In this document: in pieces, positions 20,761-30,454 of the stretch
Numbering within the stretch: the stretch's first letter is position 1
How the letters are laid out: each line of letters opens with the position of its first letter
DNA from: Promethearchaeota archaeon
Lineage (GTDB): Archaea; Asgardarchaeota; Lokiarchaeia; Sigyniarchaeales; SOKP01
Length of the DNA stretch: 50,958 nucleotides
Direction of reading: 5' to 3'
Assembly (NCBI GenBank): GCA_029838195.1
Contig: JALGVJ010000026.1
Span: 1 to 50,958, forward strand
Translations under genes and position numbers: made by a program
The notes under the pieces: generated by a model
What the model was told of the DNA's origin: nothing
Database searches by the model: none
What the model saw: the letters and a program-made list of their open reading frames with translations, nothing else

Positions 20761-21309
20761 ATGAACATGGCTCCGGAAGAAAAGAAAAACGGCGAAGATT
20801 TAGAAAATATTACGGAAAATGAAGATCTCGAAGAAGAAGGAAAAGGAAAGGAAGAAAAAGAATTAAGAAGAGACGATGAGGAATTAGACACAGAAAGCGA
20901 ATTGGATAGACTTCGCTTTAAATATCGAGGATATACCTTGGATGAGCTCAAGCGCATGAACATGGATCAATTCATTCAATTACTTCCAGCAAGAGCAAGG
21001 CGTTCTCTGAAACGAGGTTTACCTCAAAGGCAAAAAAAATTATTAGAAAGGCTAAGAAGGGCTTATAGGGCTAAGAAAAGAGGCAAGGATTTAATCACGA
21101 GAACTCAGGTAAGAGATATGATCATCTTTCCCGAAATGGTAGGTCTTAAAATTGCCGTGTATAATGGTAAAGAATTTCAAACTGTTGAAATCTTACCGGA
21201 TATGATAGGTCATTACCTTGGAGAATTTTCCCTTACCCGAAAACGAGTACAACATGGAAGCCCAGGCATCGGAGCGACCCGGAGCTCAAAATACGTACCA
21301 TTAAAATAA
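20761..21309 (+). CDS. rps19: 30S ribosomal protein uS19 with acidic N-terminal extension
   Basis: [36 protein letters not shown]. Confidence 0.97.
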   Translation: MNMAPEEKKNGEDLENITENEDLEEEGKGKEEKELRRDDEELDTESELDRLRFKYRGYTLDELKRMNMDQFIQLLPARARRSLKRGLPQRQKKLLERLRRAYRAKKRGKDLITRTQVRDMIIFPEMVGLKIAVYNGKEFQTVEILPDMIGHYLGEFSLTRKRVQHGSPGIGATRSSKYVPLK

Positions 21310-21328
21310 AATAAATTAAGGATGGAAA

Positions 21329-21805
21329 ATGCCTAATTGGGGATATTCATTCGTAGAACAGGACTATGATGCAGAGCGTCTCGCAAAGGCTTCAGGAAGA
21401 GATTTAAGAATCAAACCGAAGGATGCTCGAGAAATTTGTGCTGTTATTAAGGGCATGCGCGTGGAACAAGCAAAAAACTTCTTGGAAAAAGTAATTTTAA
21501 TGAAGCAATCCGTTCCATACAGGAGATACAAGAAAAAGTTAGCTCATAAGAAAGATTTAAAACAATTCAAGTGGTATGCTGGAAGATATCCAAGAAAAGC
21601 AGCAGCTAGGATTTATGAAGTATTGACTGCGTGCGAATCTAATGCCGAATTCAAGGGATTAGACGTGGATGTCTGTAGAATAATCCATGCGGCTGCGCAA
21701 AGAGGCAGAATCATCAAGAGATACATTCAGAGAGCCCATGGACGCTCCACCCCGAAATTTAAACATCTTACGCACATTGAAATCGTGATTTATGAAGTTC
21801 CCTGA
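21329..21805 (+). CDS. rpl22: 50S ribosomal protein uL22
   Basis: GRYP.KAA, NAEFKGLD, RAHGR; operon position. Confidence 0.97.
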   Translation: MPNWGYSFVEQDYDAERLAKASGRDLRIKPKDAREICAVIKGMRVEQAKNFLEKVILMKQSVPYRRYKKKLAHKKDLKQFKWYAGRYPRKAAARIYEVLTACESNAEFKGLDVDVCRIIHAAAQRGRIIKRYIQRAHGRSTPKFKHLTHIEIVIYEVP

Positions 21806-21852
21806 TAGGTATGAATCTATTAAAAAATTAAAAATACAGGTGCAAGTTAAAA

Positions 21853-22653
21853 ATTCCACTAGCCAAGCATTTTATCGAACAAGGAATAAAGCTAACAACG
21901 ATAGATGAATTATTACGAGCAGAGTTGATGCGTGCGGGATTTGCGGGCATAGATCTTCAAAAAACTCCCCTTGGAACCCGTATAGTTCTCAAAACAAGCC
22001 GACCTGGGTTAGTTATTGGGAAGGGAGGAAAAAGAATACAAGAAATTACCGATCTCTTGAATGAAAAATTCGATATGGACATGCTTCAAATTGAAGTCGA
22101 AGAGGTAAAGAAACCCGATTTAGATGCTCAAATCATGGCTGAACGCTTAGCATATTCTTTAGATAGAGGAAGACACTATAGAAGGGCAGGCTATTATATT
22201 TTAAGAAAAGTCATGGATGCGGGAGCTAGAGGGGTAGAAATCATTATATCTGGTAAAATTACTTCTCAAAGAGCTCGTACACAAATCTTTAGAGCGGGTA
22301 CAATGTCAAAATCCGGCCAAATTGCCCAAGAAGGGGTAGATAAAGGGGTTGCCCAATGTATTCAGAAATCGGGAGTTCTGGGAATCATCGTCAAGATCAT
22401 GAAATCAGACGTTAAATTCGGAGATGACGTTAAGATTAAAAAGGACTTGCTAGAAAAAGCTCAAAAAGAAGCTGAAGCACGAAAAAAGAAAACAGAAGCC
22501 GAAAAAGTAATGGAAAAAGAATATGAGATTACAGAAGAAGAAGGCGTTTTGAGTGAAGAAGATGCTGCATTATTGGACGAGGTGGACATGGATGATGTTT
22601 CAGAAATGTCAGTAGACTCTGATTCTAAGAATGAAACTAAAAATAATTCCTAA
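21853..22653 (+). CDS. rps3: 30S ribosomal protein uS3 (probable ATT start; acidic C-terminal tail)
   Basis: RPGLVIGKGG KH motif and GARGVEIIISGK. The conserved N-terminal helix (KHFIEQG..IDELLRAEL) lies upstream of the track's TTG 21925. Confidence 0.95.
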   Translation: MPLAKHFIEQGIKLTTIDELLRAELMRAGFAGIDLQKTPLGTRIVLKTSRPGLVIGKGGKRIQEITDLLNEKFDMDMLQIEVEEVKKPDLDAQIMAERLAYSLDRGRHYRRAGYYILRKVMDAGARGVEIIISGKITSQRARTQIFRAGTMSKSGQIAQEGVDKGVAQCIQKSGVLGIIVKIMKSDVKFGDDVKIKKDLLEKAQKEAEARKKKTEAEKVMEKEYEITEEEGVLSEEDAALLDEVDMDDVSEMSVDSDSKNETKNNS

Positions 22654-22679
22654 AATCAAATGCTGGGAGAAGGTCTACC

Positions 22680-22883
22680 ATGAAAATACTTAAAGCGAAT
22701 GAGATCCGGAACATGAATCAAAGAGAGCGTCAGCGAGCATTAAAAGATTTGCGAGAGGAATTAATGCTTCTCTATAGCAATCAAACAGGAGGAGGAGTTT
22801 CGGACAATCCTGCAAAAGTAAAATTACTTAAAAAACAAATTGCTCGTATATTAACAGTAATGAACGAGGAGAAGCAAAAATGA
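22680..22883 (+). CDS. rpl29: 50S ribosomal protein uL29
   Basis: LKANEIRNM, NPAK..LKKQIARILT. Confidence 0.95.
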   Translation: MKILKANEIRNMNQRERQRALKDLREELMLLYSNQTGGGVSDNPAKVKLLKKQIARILTVMNEEKQK

Positions 22884-23212
22884 ATGAAATCATGCTCTCA
22901 CCCCGTTATATTATGTATCATGATCTCATCGGTTTTCATTTATTGGCTAAAGCAAAATCAAAATTAAGATCAAGATCAAATATTTCTGAATTTAAAGATA
23001 TAGGGATTGTAATAGACGAATCCCGAAACATGATCATTACAAAAAAAAATAATAAAATCAAGAAATATATAAAAAAGGATTATATTTTTAGAGTTATTGT
23101 CCCTAATTCAAAAAAATATGGAAAGGAACCCGTATTGGAAGTCGATGGAGAAAAGATTGTAGGACGTCCTGAAAATCGACTTAGAAGTTTAAGAAAAAAG
23201 AGGAGAATTTAA
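22880..23212 (+). CDS. rnp1: RNase P protein component 1 (Rpp29/Pop4)
   Basis: HDLIG, GIVIDESRNM, VDG..IVGRPENRL. Confidence 0.92.
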   Translation: MNEIMLSPRYIMYHDLIGFHLLAKAKSKLRSRSNISEFKDIGIVIDESRNMIITKKNNKIKKYIKKDYIFRVIVPNSKKYGKEPVLEVDGEKIVGRPENRLRSLRKKRRI

Positions 23213-23216
23213 AAAA

Positions 23217-23567
23217 ATGAGTGCTAGAAATATAGGTATTCCCGGTGTAAACCTTCCAAAAAATAAAGAACCATGCAAGGATGTGAATTGTCCCTTTCAT
23301 GGAACGTCAAGAATAAGAGGAAGGATTTTAAAAGGAGTAGTTGTAAATAAAAATTCAAAAAATACCGTTATCATTAAAAGAGATTATGTTCATTTTATTA
23401 AAAAATATCAAAGATATGAAAGAAGAAATACGAGATTGGCTTGTCATCTACCGGAATGTTTAGAAAATGAAATAAATGTTGGAGATCTCGTGCGAGTGGG
23501 AGAATCGCGTAAGATCTCAAAAACAAAAGCTTTTATTGTACTAGATAAACTTTCCCGAGGTGAATAA
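23217..23567 (+). CDS. rps17: 30S ribosomal protein uS17
   Basis: CPFHG, KYQRYERR, ISKTK. Confidence 0.97.
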   Translation: MSARNIGIPGVNLPKNKEPCKDVNCPFHGTSRIRGRILKGVVVNKNSKNTVIIKRDYVHFIKKYQRYERRNTRLACHLPECLENEINVGDLVRVGESRKISKTKAFIVLDKLSRGE

Positions 23568-23570
23568 TGA

Positions 23571-23996
23571 ATGGGAACGAGACGAAAGTTAGGAAGGAAG
23601 AAAATCGCTAAGGCTCGAACGAGTTATGGCGTTCAAAATGGAACACGATTATTAATTACCGATAATTCAGGAGCTAAGATTGCTGAAATCATTAACGTGG
23701 ATCATGGAAAAACTCGCCAAAGAAGGTTGCCAAAAGCAACAGTCGGAAGTGTATGTACCGTAACTGTAAAAAAGGGAAAACCAGAATTACGGGGCCAAAT
23801 TTTTAAGGCAGTTGTCGTTCGACAAAAAATGATTTTTAGAAGAAATGATGGCACGCGCTTATGTTTTGAAGATAATGCTGGTGTTTTGATAACTAAGGAG
23901 GGAGACCCTAAAGGCTCTGAGATACGGGGCCCTATAGCCAAAGAAGCAGCAGAAATGTTCCCAAGATTAGCATCAATCTCATCTTTAATCGTTTAA
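23571..23996 (+). CDS. rpl14: 50S ribosomal protein uL14
   Basis: DNSGAK, FEDNA, GPIAKEAAE. Confidence 0.97.
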   Translation: MGTRRKLGRKKIAKARTSYGVQNGTRLLITDNSGAKIAEIINVDHGKTRQRRLPKATVGSVCTVTVKKGKPELRGQIFKAVVVRQKMIFRRNDGTRLCFEDNAGVLITKEGDPKGSEIRGPIAKEAAEMFPRLASISSLIV

Positions 23997-24004
23997 TTAA
24001 TTTA

Positions 24005-24460
24005 GTGAAAGAGAAAATCATGAAAGTAGCATCAAAAAAACCACGAAAACAAAGAAAAGCATTATTTAATGCTAAAAATCATCATAGGTCGAAATTGATG
24101 ACCACGCGATTAGCAGATTTTTTAAGAGACACTTATGGGATTAAAAGGGTACCGGTAAAAGTGGGAGATAGTGTGCGAGTAATCAAAGGTGAATTTAAAA
24201 ATTTTGAAGGTACTGTTTTAGAAGTGTTACCCAAAAGACAGCGCGTTAAAATTAAAGAATGCGTGTTCGATAAAGCAGATGGTACGCAATTTAATCCCCC
24301 GATTCACGTTTCTAATTTAATTATTACCAAGTTTGGGGATGAAAAAAAAATGGATCCTTGGCGCGTAAAACTCATTCAACGAAAAGAAGGATTTGTTGCC
24401 GAGGAAATATTAACAACACCAAAAAAGAAAAAACAAGGTAAAGAGGAAGAATATATATGA
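24005..24460 (+). CDS. rpl24: 50S ribosomal protein uL24
   Basis: SKKPRKQRK, KOW GDSVRVIKG, IHVSNL; ATG 24020 is an alternative start. Confidence 0.96.
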   Translation: MKEKIMKVASKKPRKQRKALFNAKNHHRSKLMTTRLADFLRDTYGIKRVPVKVGDSVRVIKGEFKNFEGTVLEVLPKRQRVKIKECVFDKADGTQFNPPIHVSNLIITKFGDEKKMDPWRVKLIQRKEGFVAEEILTTPKKKKQGKEEEYI

Positions 24461-25209
24461 CTCGCCATGGTGGACAGAAAGTCTTAAAACGATTAAATAC
24501 TCCAGGGTTCTTGCAAATTCAGAGGAAACACGGGAAGTTTTTTGTGAAACCTTCTCCTGGGCCTCATCCTAATAGGTTTTGCTTACCTTTACTTCACGTC
24601 GTACGAGATTTATTAAAAATTGTTGATTCTTACCGAGAAGCAAAAAAATTAATTGGCCAGGGATTTTTCAAGGTGGATGGACGATTTATCCGGAATATTA
24701 AGTTTCCGCTGGGATTAATGGATGTACTCTCCATTGAGAGAATGGATAAATATTATAGAATTCTTCCCGATTCCCATTATGGTCTAATTTTACACGAAAT
24801 TTCTAAAGAAGAAAGTAATTTTAAGCTGTGTAGGATTTCTAATAAAACAACCGTAAAAGGAGGGCATGTTCAATTAAACTTGCATGATGGGAGAAATATC
24901 TTAATTAAAGTTGAAGATTCTAGAAACCCCAAAGAAGATATCTATAAACGCATGGATGTACTTAAAATTACGGTTCCGGAACAAGAAATTCTAAAATTAT
25001 TAAAATTTAAGGAAGGCAACTTGGCAATAATCGTTTCTGGTAAAAACATTGGTCAGATGGGAAAAATTATAGTCATTTCAAAAAGATTTGGCCCTAACGC
25101 TAGCACGGTATCCATTCAGAGAGACGGTGAACTGACCGAAACATTATATGATTATACTTTTGTGATAGGTGAAAATCAACCTGAAATTAGCCTCCCGACC
25201 CATGAATAA
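24457..25209 (+). CDS. rps4e: 30S ribosomal protein eS4
   Basis: LKRL..P, PSPGPH, GLMDV, QLNLHDGRN. Confidence 0.97.
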   Translation: MTRHGGQKVLKRLNTPGFLQIQRKHGKFFVKPSPGPHPNRFCLPLLHVVRDLLKIVDSYREAKKLIGQGFFKVDGRFIRNIKFPLGLMDVLSIERMDKYYRILPDSHYGLILHEISKEESNFKLCRISNKTTVKGGHVQLNLHDGRNILIKVEDSRNPKEDIYKRMDVLKITVPEQEILKLLKFKEGNLAIIVSGKNIGQMGKIIVISKRFGPNASTVSIQRDGELTETLYDYTFVIGENQPEISLPTHE

Positions 25210-25227
25210 AAAATACATCTAATCTAA

Positions 25228-25827
25228 GTGATCAAAATGTCCGTAAAAACTAAAAAGAAAGAAATGGCCTTAAAAACAAATTACCAAGAAATTTGGAAAA
25301 ACCCCATGAAATGCCCATATTTAGAAAAAATCGTTTTGAATATTGGGGTGGGGTCTAGTGGGGAAGAATTAGAACGAGCAGCAGCAGTATTACAAACAAT
25401 TACGGGAAGAAGGCCTATAAAAACCCTTTCAAGAAAAAATATAAAAGAATTTGGCTTAAGAAAAGGGAAAAGTATTGGAGTTAAAGTCACGGTTCGAGGA
25501 GAAGAGGCCAAAAAACTTCTAAAGAGATTATTGATCGTGAATAATAATAAAATATTACGTCATAGTTTCGATAATTATGGAAATTTTGGATTTGGAATTA
25601 GAGAGCATATTTCCATCCCAGGGGTAGAATATGATAATACTATTGGAATTTTTGGTCTTGATGTTTGTGGAAGAGTCGTGCGACCAGGGATGCGGGTGAA
25701 AACAAGAAGGTTAAAGCGTTCAAAAATTGCCAAGCATCATTATATTTCTCGTGAAGAAACTCAAGAATACCTTAAACAAGAATTTAATGTAGATATTGTA
25801 AAAAAATTAGATTTAGAATACATGTAA
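25228..25827 (+). CDS. rpl5: 50S ribosomal protein uL5
   Basis: NPM, LNIGVG, GNFGFGI.EHI, IGIFGLD; exact start uncertain. Confidence 0.97.
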   Translation: MIKMSVKTKKKEMALKTNYQEIWKNPMKCPYLEKIVLNIGVGSSGEELERAAAVLQTITGRRPIKTLSRKNIKEFGLRKGKSIGVKVTVRGEEAKKLLKRLLIVNNNKILRHSFDNYGNFGFGIREHISIPGVEYDNTIGIFGLDVCGRVVRPGMRVKTRRLKRSKIAKHHYISREETQEYLKQEFNVDIVKKLDLEYM

Positions 25828-25863
25828 TTAATTGAAATTAAAAAAATATAGAGTGAATCGAAC

Positions 25864-26013
25864 TTGCCTCAAGGAAAAAAATATGGAAAAGGAATGCGCA
25901 CGTGTAGAAGATGTCATACCCATCGAGGTATCATCAGACGATATGGACTCTATATCTGCCGCCGATGTTTTTATGAAATTGGAAAGGACTTGGGATTTAA
26001 AAGATATGAATAA
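25864..26013 (+). CDS. rps14: 30S ribosomal protein uS14 (Zn-binding; not in the ORF track)
   Basis: Hand translation from TTG: MPQGKKYGKGMRTCRRCHTHRGIIRRYGLYICRRCFYEIGKDLGFKRYE*. Confidence 0.95.
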   Translation: MPQGKKYGKGMRTCRRCHTHRGIIRRYGLYICRRCFYEIGKDLGFKRYE

Positions 26014-26042
26014 CATCATGTCAAAATACGATTAAAAGAGGA

Positions 26043-26438
26043 GTGAGAAAAAAGATGGTTAATACACTGGCCGATGTCATGAACATGATAAAAACTGCCG
26101 AAATGGCCCGTAAAAAAGAAGTTATCGTGAGTCCAGCCTCCAAATTAATCCAGCGGATCTTACGCATTTTTCAGGCTCATGCTTATATTGGAGAATTTGA
26201 GAGATATGATGATGGACGGAAAGGAAAATTTCGAATAGCTTTATTAGGAAAGATTAATGAATGTAAGGCCTTATTGAGATTAAATTATAAAGTATCACAA
26301 TTCGATACTTTAGAAAGAAAACTACTTCCGGCTCCTGGATTAGGATTAATAATCATTTCTACTAATCAAGGAATTATGACGACACGGGAAGCTAAAGAAA
26401 AGAATGTAGGCGGCATTGCTTTATGTTATATATATTAA
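26043..26438 (+). CDS. rps8: 30S ribosomal protein uS8
   Basis: PASKL, YIGEFE, DDGR.GK, STNQG; ATG 26055 is the likely start. Confidence 0.97.
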   Translation: MRKKMVNTLADVMNMIKTAEMARKKEVIVSPASKLIQRILRIFQAHAYIGEFERYDDGRKGKFRIALLGKINECKALLRLNYKVSQFDTLERKLLPAPGLGLIIISTNQGIMTTREAKEKNVGGIALCYIY

Positions 26439-26460
26439 TTTCTCATGAGGTTAGAATAAA

Positions 26461-27042
26461 ATGGTAAAAGTAGCATTTTTTCGAGAAAAAATAGATATTC
26501 CCGAAGGAGTAAAAATAGAATTAACGGAAGATAATAAAATCACGATAAGTGGGCCAAAAGGAGGCCCCATAACGAAAGATTTTTCCCATGCAAGAGGTAT
26601 TCGGGTATGGATAGAAAATGATGCAATATATTTCGCTACTGATTTTCCCAGAACCAATACACTTGCTTTAATAAATACCATGATGAATATTATCAATGGC
26701 TTGATTATAGGAGTTCAAGAAAATTATAAATATATCTGTAAAATTTGTTATAGTCATTTTCCTTGTTCCGTACGAATTGATGAGAAAAAAAAAGAAATTC
26801 TAATTGAAAATTTTCTGGGTGAAAGAGCACCCCGAAAAACAAAATATTTAGATAACGTGGAAGTAAAAGTAGAAGGGGAAGATGTTATTTTAATCGGTCC
26901 TGATAAAGAGACACTGGGACAAACTGCTGCCAATCTTAAACGAGTATGCCGAATAAGGAAAAAAGATCCACGAGTTTTTCAAGATGGAATTTATCTCTAT
27001 AAAAAATTAGCTGGCGAAGAAGTTCTCTGGGAAATAAAATAA
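26461..27042 (+). CDS. rpl6: 50S ribosomal protein uL6
   Basis: IPEGV, YSHFP, NFLGE, DPRVFQDGIY. Confidence 0.97.
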   Translation: MVKVAFFREKIDIPEGVKIELTEDNKITISGPKGGPITKDFSHARGIRVWIENDAIYFATDFPRTNTLALINTMMNIINGLIIGVQENYKYICKICYSHFPCSVRIDEKKKEILIENFLGERAPRKTKYLDNVEVKVEGEDVILIGPDKETLGQTAANLKRVCRIRKKDPRVFQDGIYLYKKLAGEEVLWEIK

Positions 27043-27052
27043 ATTATAAGAA

Positions 27053-27571
27053 ATGGTGTATCATATGCAGAAAGAAAAAGAAAGATTATTGCGTGTTCGT
27101 AAAGTAATGAAAAAGAAAAAACCTAAATTCAGAAGAGTAGAATCTTGGAGATATAAGCGAGTTAAACCATCATGGAGAAAAGCCAGAGGTATCGACTCGA
27201 AAACAAGAAAAAAGTTAAAATCAGGAGTAAAATCTCCTACAGTAGGATATAGAGCACCAAAAAAAATAAGGGGATTGCATCCTTCTGGATATGAAGAAAT
27301 TAATATCATGAATATTGATGAAGTTAAGAATTTAGATAATAAGAAACATGCAATTAGAATTTCTGCTAAATTAGGAAATAGAAAACGCGTGATGCTAATT
27401 GAGCAACTTCATAAAATGAAATTTAAAATCTTAAATGTAGGAACTTCTTACAAAGCATTAAAAGAATTTGAAGAAATGCTTGAAACGCCTATTGAAGGCA
27501 TAGAAGAAGAAGATCAATTCGAAGATGTTGAAGATTTAGAAGAAACTTTAGAAAAATCAGAAGAGGAATAA
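27053..27571 (+). CDS. rpl32e: 50S ribosomal protein eL32 with acidic tail
   Basis: KKPKFRR, WRKARGIDSK, RGLHPSG. Confidence 0.96.
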   Translation: MVYHMQKEKERLLRVRKVMKKKKPKFRRVESWRYKRVKPSWRKARGIDSKTRKKLKSGVKSPTVGYRAPKKIRGLHPSGYEEINIMNIDEVKNLDNKKHAIRISAKLGNRKRVMLIEQLHKMKFKILNVGTSYKALKEFEEMLETPIEGIEEEDQFEDVEDLEETLEKSEEE

Positions 27572-27599
27572 TTGATTAGAGAGGTGCCAATTAAAGAAA

Positions 27600-28055
27600 A
27601 TGAATCTAAAAGCACAAAAACGAATTGCTGCGGAAATTTTAAAATGCGGTGAAAATCGGGTTTGGTTTGACCCATATTTGACAGAAGAAATAAAATTAGC
27701 AATAACGCGGGAAGATATTCGCAATCTCATTCTAGAAGGCATCATTAAAAAAGAAACTAAAAAAGGAATTTCGAAATATCGGAAAAACTTGCGGCATGCA
27801 AGAAAGAAAAAAGGAAGAGCTAAAGGGCTTGGAAAGCGTAAAGGTACAAAACATGCGAGATCTCCTAAAAAACGAAATTGGATTAAGCACATACGATCTA
27901 TAAGAAGAGAATTAAAAAAATTGAGAGATCGAAAATTAATTACCCCTTCCACCTATCGAAAGCTCTACAAAAATGCTAAAGGGGGAATGTTCGATAGTGT
28001 GGCCCACTTGAATAGATATATTAAAGAAAATAAATTATTAAGAAGAGGAGTATAA
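27600..28055 (+). CDS. rpl19e: 50S ribosomal protein eL19
   Basis: QKRIAA, RVWFDP, AITREDIR, YKNAKGG. Confidence 0.97.
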   Translation: MNLKAQKRIAAEILKCGENRVWFDPYLTEEIKLAITREDIRNLILEGIIKKETKKGISKYRKNLRHARKKKGRAKGLGKRKGTKHARSPKKRNWIKHIRSIRRELKKLRDRKLITPSTYRKLYKNAKGGMFDSVAHLNRYIKENKLLRRGV

Positions 28056-28058
28056 CCC

Positions 28059-28649
28059 ATGGGGAGAACGCCACGATACAGAAAACCTTTTAGAAGAAGG
28101 GCTGAAGGGAAAACAAATTATTATAAACGATTAAAATTGTTAAAATCTCGCAAGTTACGTTTAGTCATTAGAGCTTCCAACAACCACATTAGAATACAAG
28201 CCGTCCAATCCGTATTAAAAGGAGATAAAATTTTAATTTCAGCTAGTTCTCAAGAGCTTTCCAAGACATTTGATTGGAAAGGAAATACGGGTAACATTCC
28301 CGCTGCATATCTAACAGGATATCTGGCGGGTCTTAGAGCAAAAAAAGCTAAAATTACCGATTTAATACCGGATTTAGGAATGATATACCATCGAAATCGT
28401 GTCCTTGCGGCTTTGAAAGGCGTTATCGATGCCGGGATTCAAGTACCTGTTAGCGAGGAATTCTTCCCCGAAAGTTTACCAGAAAGAATTAATGGGTCTC
28501 ATATAGCTAATTATGGAAAATATCTAATGACAGAAAATCCAGAAAAATATAAAAAAGTATTCTCGGGATATATTAAAAAGAAATTAAATCCCGCTAATAT
28601 AACTCAAGATTTTACTAATGCATTAAAAAAAATTGAAAATAACGCTTAA
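28059..28649 (+). CDS. rpl18: 50S ribosomal protein uL18
   Basis: RRRAEGKTNY, NIPAAYLTG, G.HIA.Y. Confidence 0.97.
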   Translation: MGRTPRYRKPFRRRAEGKTNYYKRLKLLKSRKLRLVIRASNNHIRIQAVQSVLKGDKILISASSQELSKTFDWKGNTGNIPAAYLTGYLAGLRAKKAKITDLIPDLGMIYHRNRVLAALKGVIDAGIQVPVSEEFFPESLPERINGSHIANYGKYLMTENPEKYKKVFSGYIKKKLNPANITQDFTNALKKIENNA

Positions 28650-28662
28650 TGAGTGAAAAACA

Positions 28663-29280
28663 ATGAGTCGTAGCAGAAGAATTGAGGATGCTTGGGTCCC
28701 AAAAACTAAACTTGGTGAATTAGTTCGAGATGGACTCATCACGCTTGATAAAATTTTTGAAAATAATCTAATCGTAAAAGAAAAAGAAATAATTGACATT
28801 CTTTTACCTAATTTATCCGAAGACGTCATTACAATAAAAATGGTTCAACAAATGACCGCCTCTGGTCAAAGATCAAGATTCAAGGCCGTAGTAATCGTCG
28901 GAACAGAAGGTTATATCGGCGTGGGTTCCGCAAAAAGCAGAGAAGTGGGCCCTGCTATTCGAAAAGCAATTGATAAGGCAAAAATTTCCATCATTCCTGT
29001 TCTTCGAGGATGTGGAAGTGGTGAATGTGGATGCGGCGGTATTCACAGCATTCCCTTTAAAGTTAAAGGAAAATGTGGATCAACCAGAATTACCCTGATG
29101 CCTGCTCCAGCAGGTGTAGGATTAGCATGTGCAGATACTGTTAAACAAGTATTAGGTCTTGCTGGTATCGAAGATATTTGGAGTAAAACATTTGGAAATA
29201 CGAGAACAAGCGAAAATTTAGTAAAAGCAACGATTGATGCGTTAAAAAATGCACATAAATATAATTTTGCCCCTGGATGA
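28663..29280 (+). CDS. rps5: 30S ribosomal protein uS5
   Basis: WVPKTKLG, RGCGS.EC.C, PAP.GVGL. Confidence 0.97.
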   Translation: MSRSRRIEDAWVPKTKLGELVRDGLITLDKIFENNLIVKEKEIIDILLPNLSEDVITIKMVQQMTASGQRSRFKAVVIVGTEGYIGVGSAKSREVGPAIRKAIDKAKISIIPVLRGCGSGECGCGGIHSIPFKVKGKCGSTRITLMPAPAGVGLACADTVKQVLGLAGIEDIWSKTFGNTRTSENLVKATIDALKNAHKYNFAPG

Positions 29281-29290
29281 GTGGTGAGTA

Positions 29291-29815
29291 ATGGTAATGG
29301 CAAAAAAAAAAATACAAGCAAAAGATATGAAGGAGGATTCCGCTTTATATTTTGTGGTAAGAGTCCGTGGCTCCCCAGGAATGAATCGAAAAATTTTAGA
29401 TACTTTAAAGATGTTGCGAATGCATAAAGTAAATCATGGGGTGTTGATATGGGGCACGCCTTCAAATCTAGGAATGCTTAAAAAATGTAAGGATTATATC
29501 GCTTATGGTAAAATTAATGAAAAAGCTTTAGTACGACTTTTAAGGGTTCGGGGAAGAATAGAAGGAAATAAGCCCCTTACGGATGAACACGTGAAGAATC
29601 TAACGGAATATAGCAATATCAAACAATTAGCAAGAGCTTTGCTTCAAGGAAAAATTGAATACAAGCCAAAAGACATTTATAAAATTAAACCCGTGTTCCG
29701 ACTCCATCCTCCCAGAAAAGGTTATCGTGGAACCATTAAAAGAGGGTTTCATGAAGGGGGAGCTCTTGGGCATGTTGATGAATATATCAATGAATTAATC
29801 CATAAAATGTTGTAA
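29291..29815 (+). CDS. rpl30: 50S ribosomal protein uL30
   Basis: VVRVRG, KPVFRLHPPRKG. Confidence 0.96.
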   Translation: MVMAKKKIQAKDMKEDSALYFVVRVRGSPGMNRKILDTLKMLRMHKVNHGVLIWGTPSNLGMLKKCKDYIAYGKINEKALVRLLRVRGRIEGNKPLTDEHVKNLTEYSNIKQLARALLQGKIEYKPKDIYKIKPVFRLHPPRKGYRGTIKRGFHEGGALGHVDEYINELIHKML

Positions 29816-29831
29816 ACCGAGGGAAAGAATC

Positions 29832-30305
29832 ATGAGAAAGTTTCCAAGAAAAATCAGGAAAAAAAGAGGCTCTAGAACTTGTGGATATGGAAGGGTAGGA
29901 CAACATCGGAAAACAGGTCAACGAGCAGGAAGAGGTTTGACCGCACAATGGAAAAAAAGCAAGCGTTCGTATTATCAAAAACAAAAACGCTTGGGATTCC
30001 CCGATCCGCGATGGAAAATTGGAAAATGCGGATTCAAACGACCACAAGACATGGTTCGCATTGAAAAAATAAATAGCATTAATCTTAAAAATTTAGACCT
30101 TCAAATCGATCGCTTGGTACAAGAAAATAAAGCAACTAAATCTGGAGACGTGTATGCAATTAATTTAGAGGAATTAAATATCCAAAAAATTTTAGGTAGA
30201 GGAGAAGTTAAGAAGAAACTTAACATAACCGTTAAAAAAGCTTCTAAAAAAGCTATTGAGAAAATTGAAAATGCTGGAGGTAAAATTGTTCTCCTCTCTC
30301 AATAA
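29832..30305 (+). CDS. rpl15: 50S ribosomal protein uL15
   Basis: RGSRTCGYG, KILGRG, EKIENAGG. Confidence 0.96.
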   Translation: MRKFPRKIRKKRGSRTCGYGRVGQHRKTGQRAGRGLTAQWKKSKRSYYQKQKRLGFPDPRWKIGKCGFKRPQDMVRIEKINSINLKNLDLQIDRLVQENKATKSGDVYAINLEELNIQKILGRGEVKKKLNITVKKASKKAIEKIENAGGKIVLLSQ

Positions 30306-30454
30306 ATCCAAAATGAATAAAACAGATTTTTTATTTATTAATTTTATTGGAAAAAAGCCCTTAATCCTAATAAAAACGATTAAAAAATAACCTCACTTTT
30401 TCTATTCATTAATTTAACGGGCACATGCTTTACAATATTTAATAGGGCTGGGTT

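Noticed and set aside
25832-26035. 67-aa ORF between rpl5 and rps8
   Set aside because: Wrong-frame shadow of rps14.
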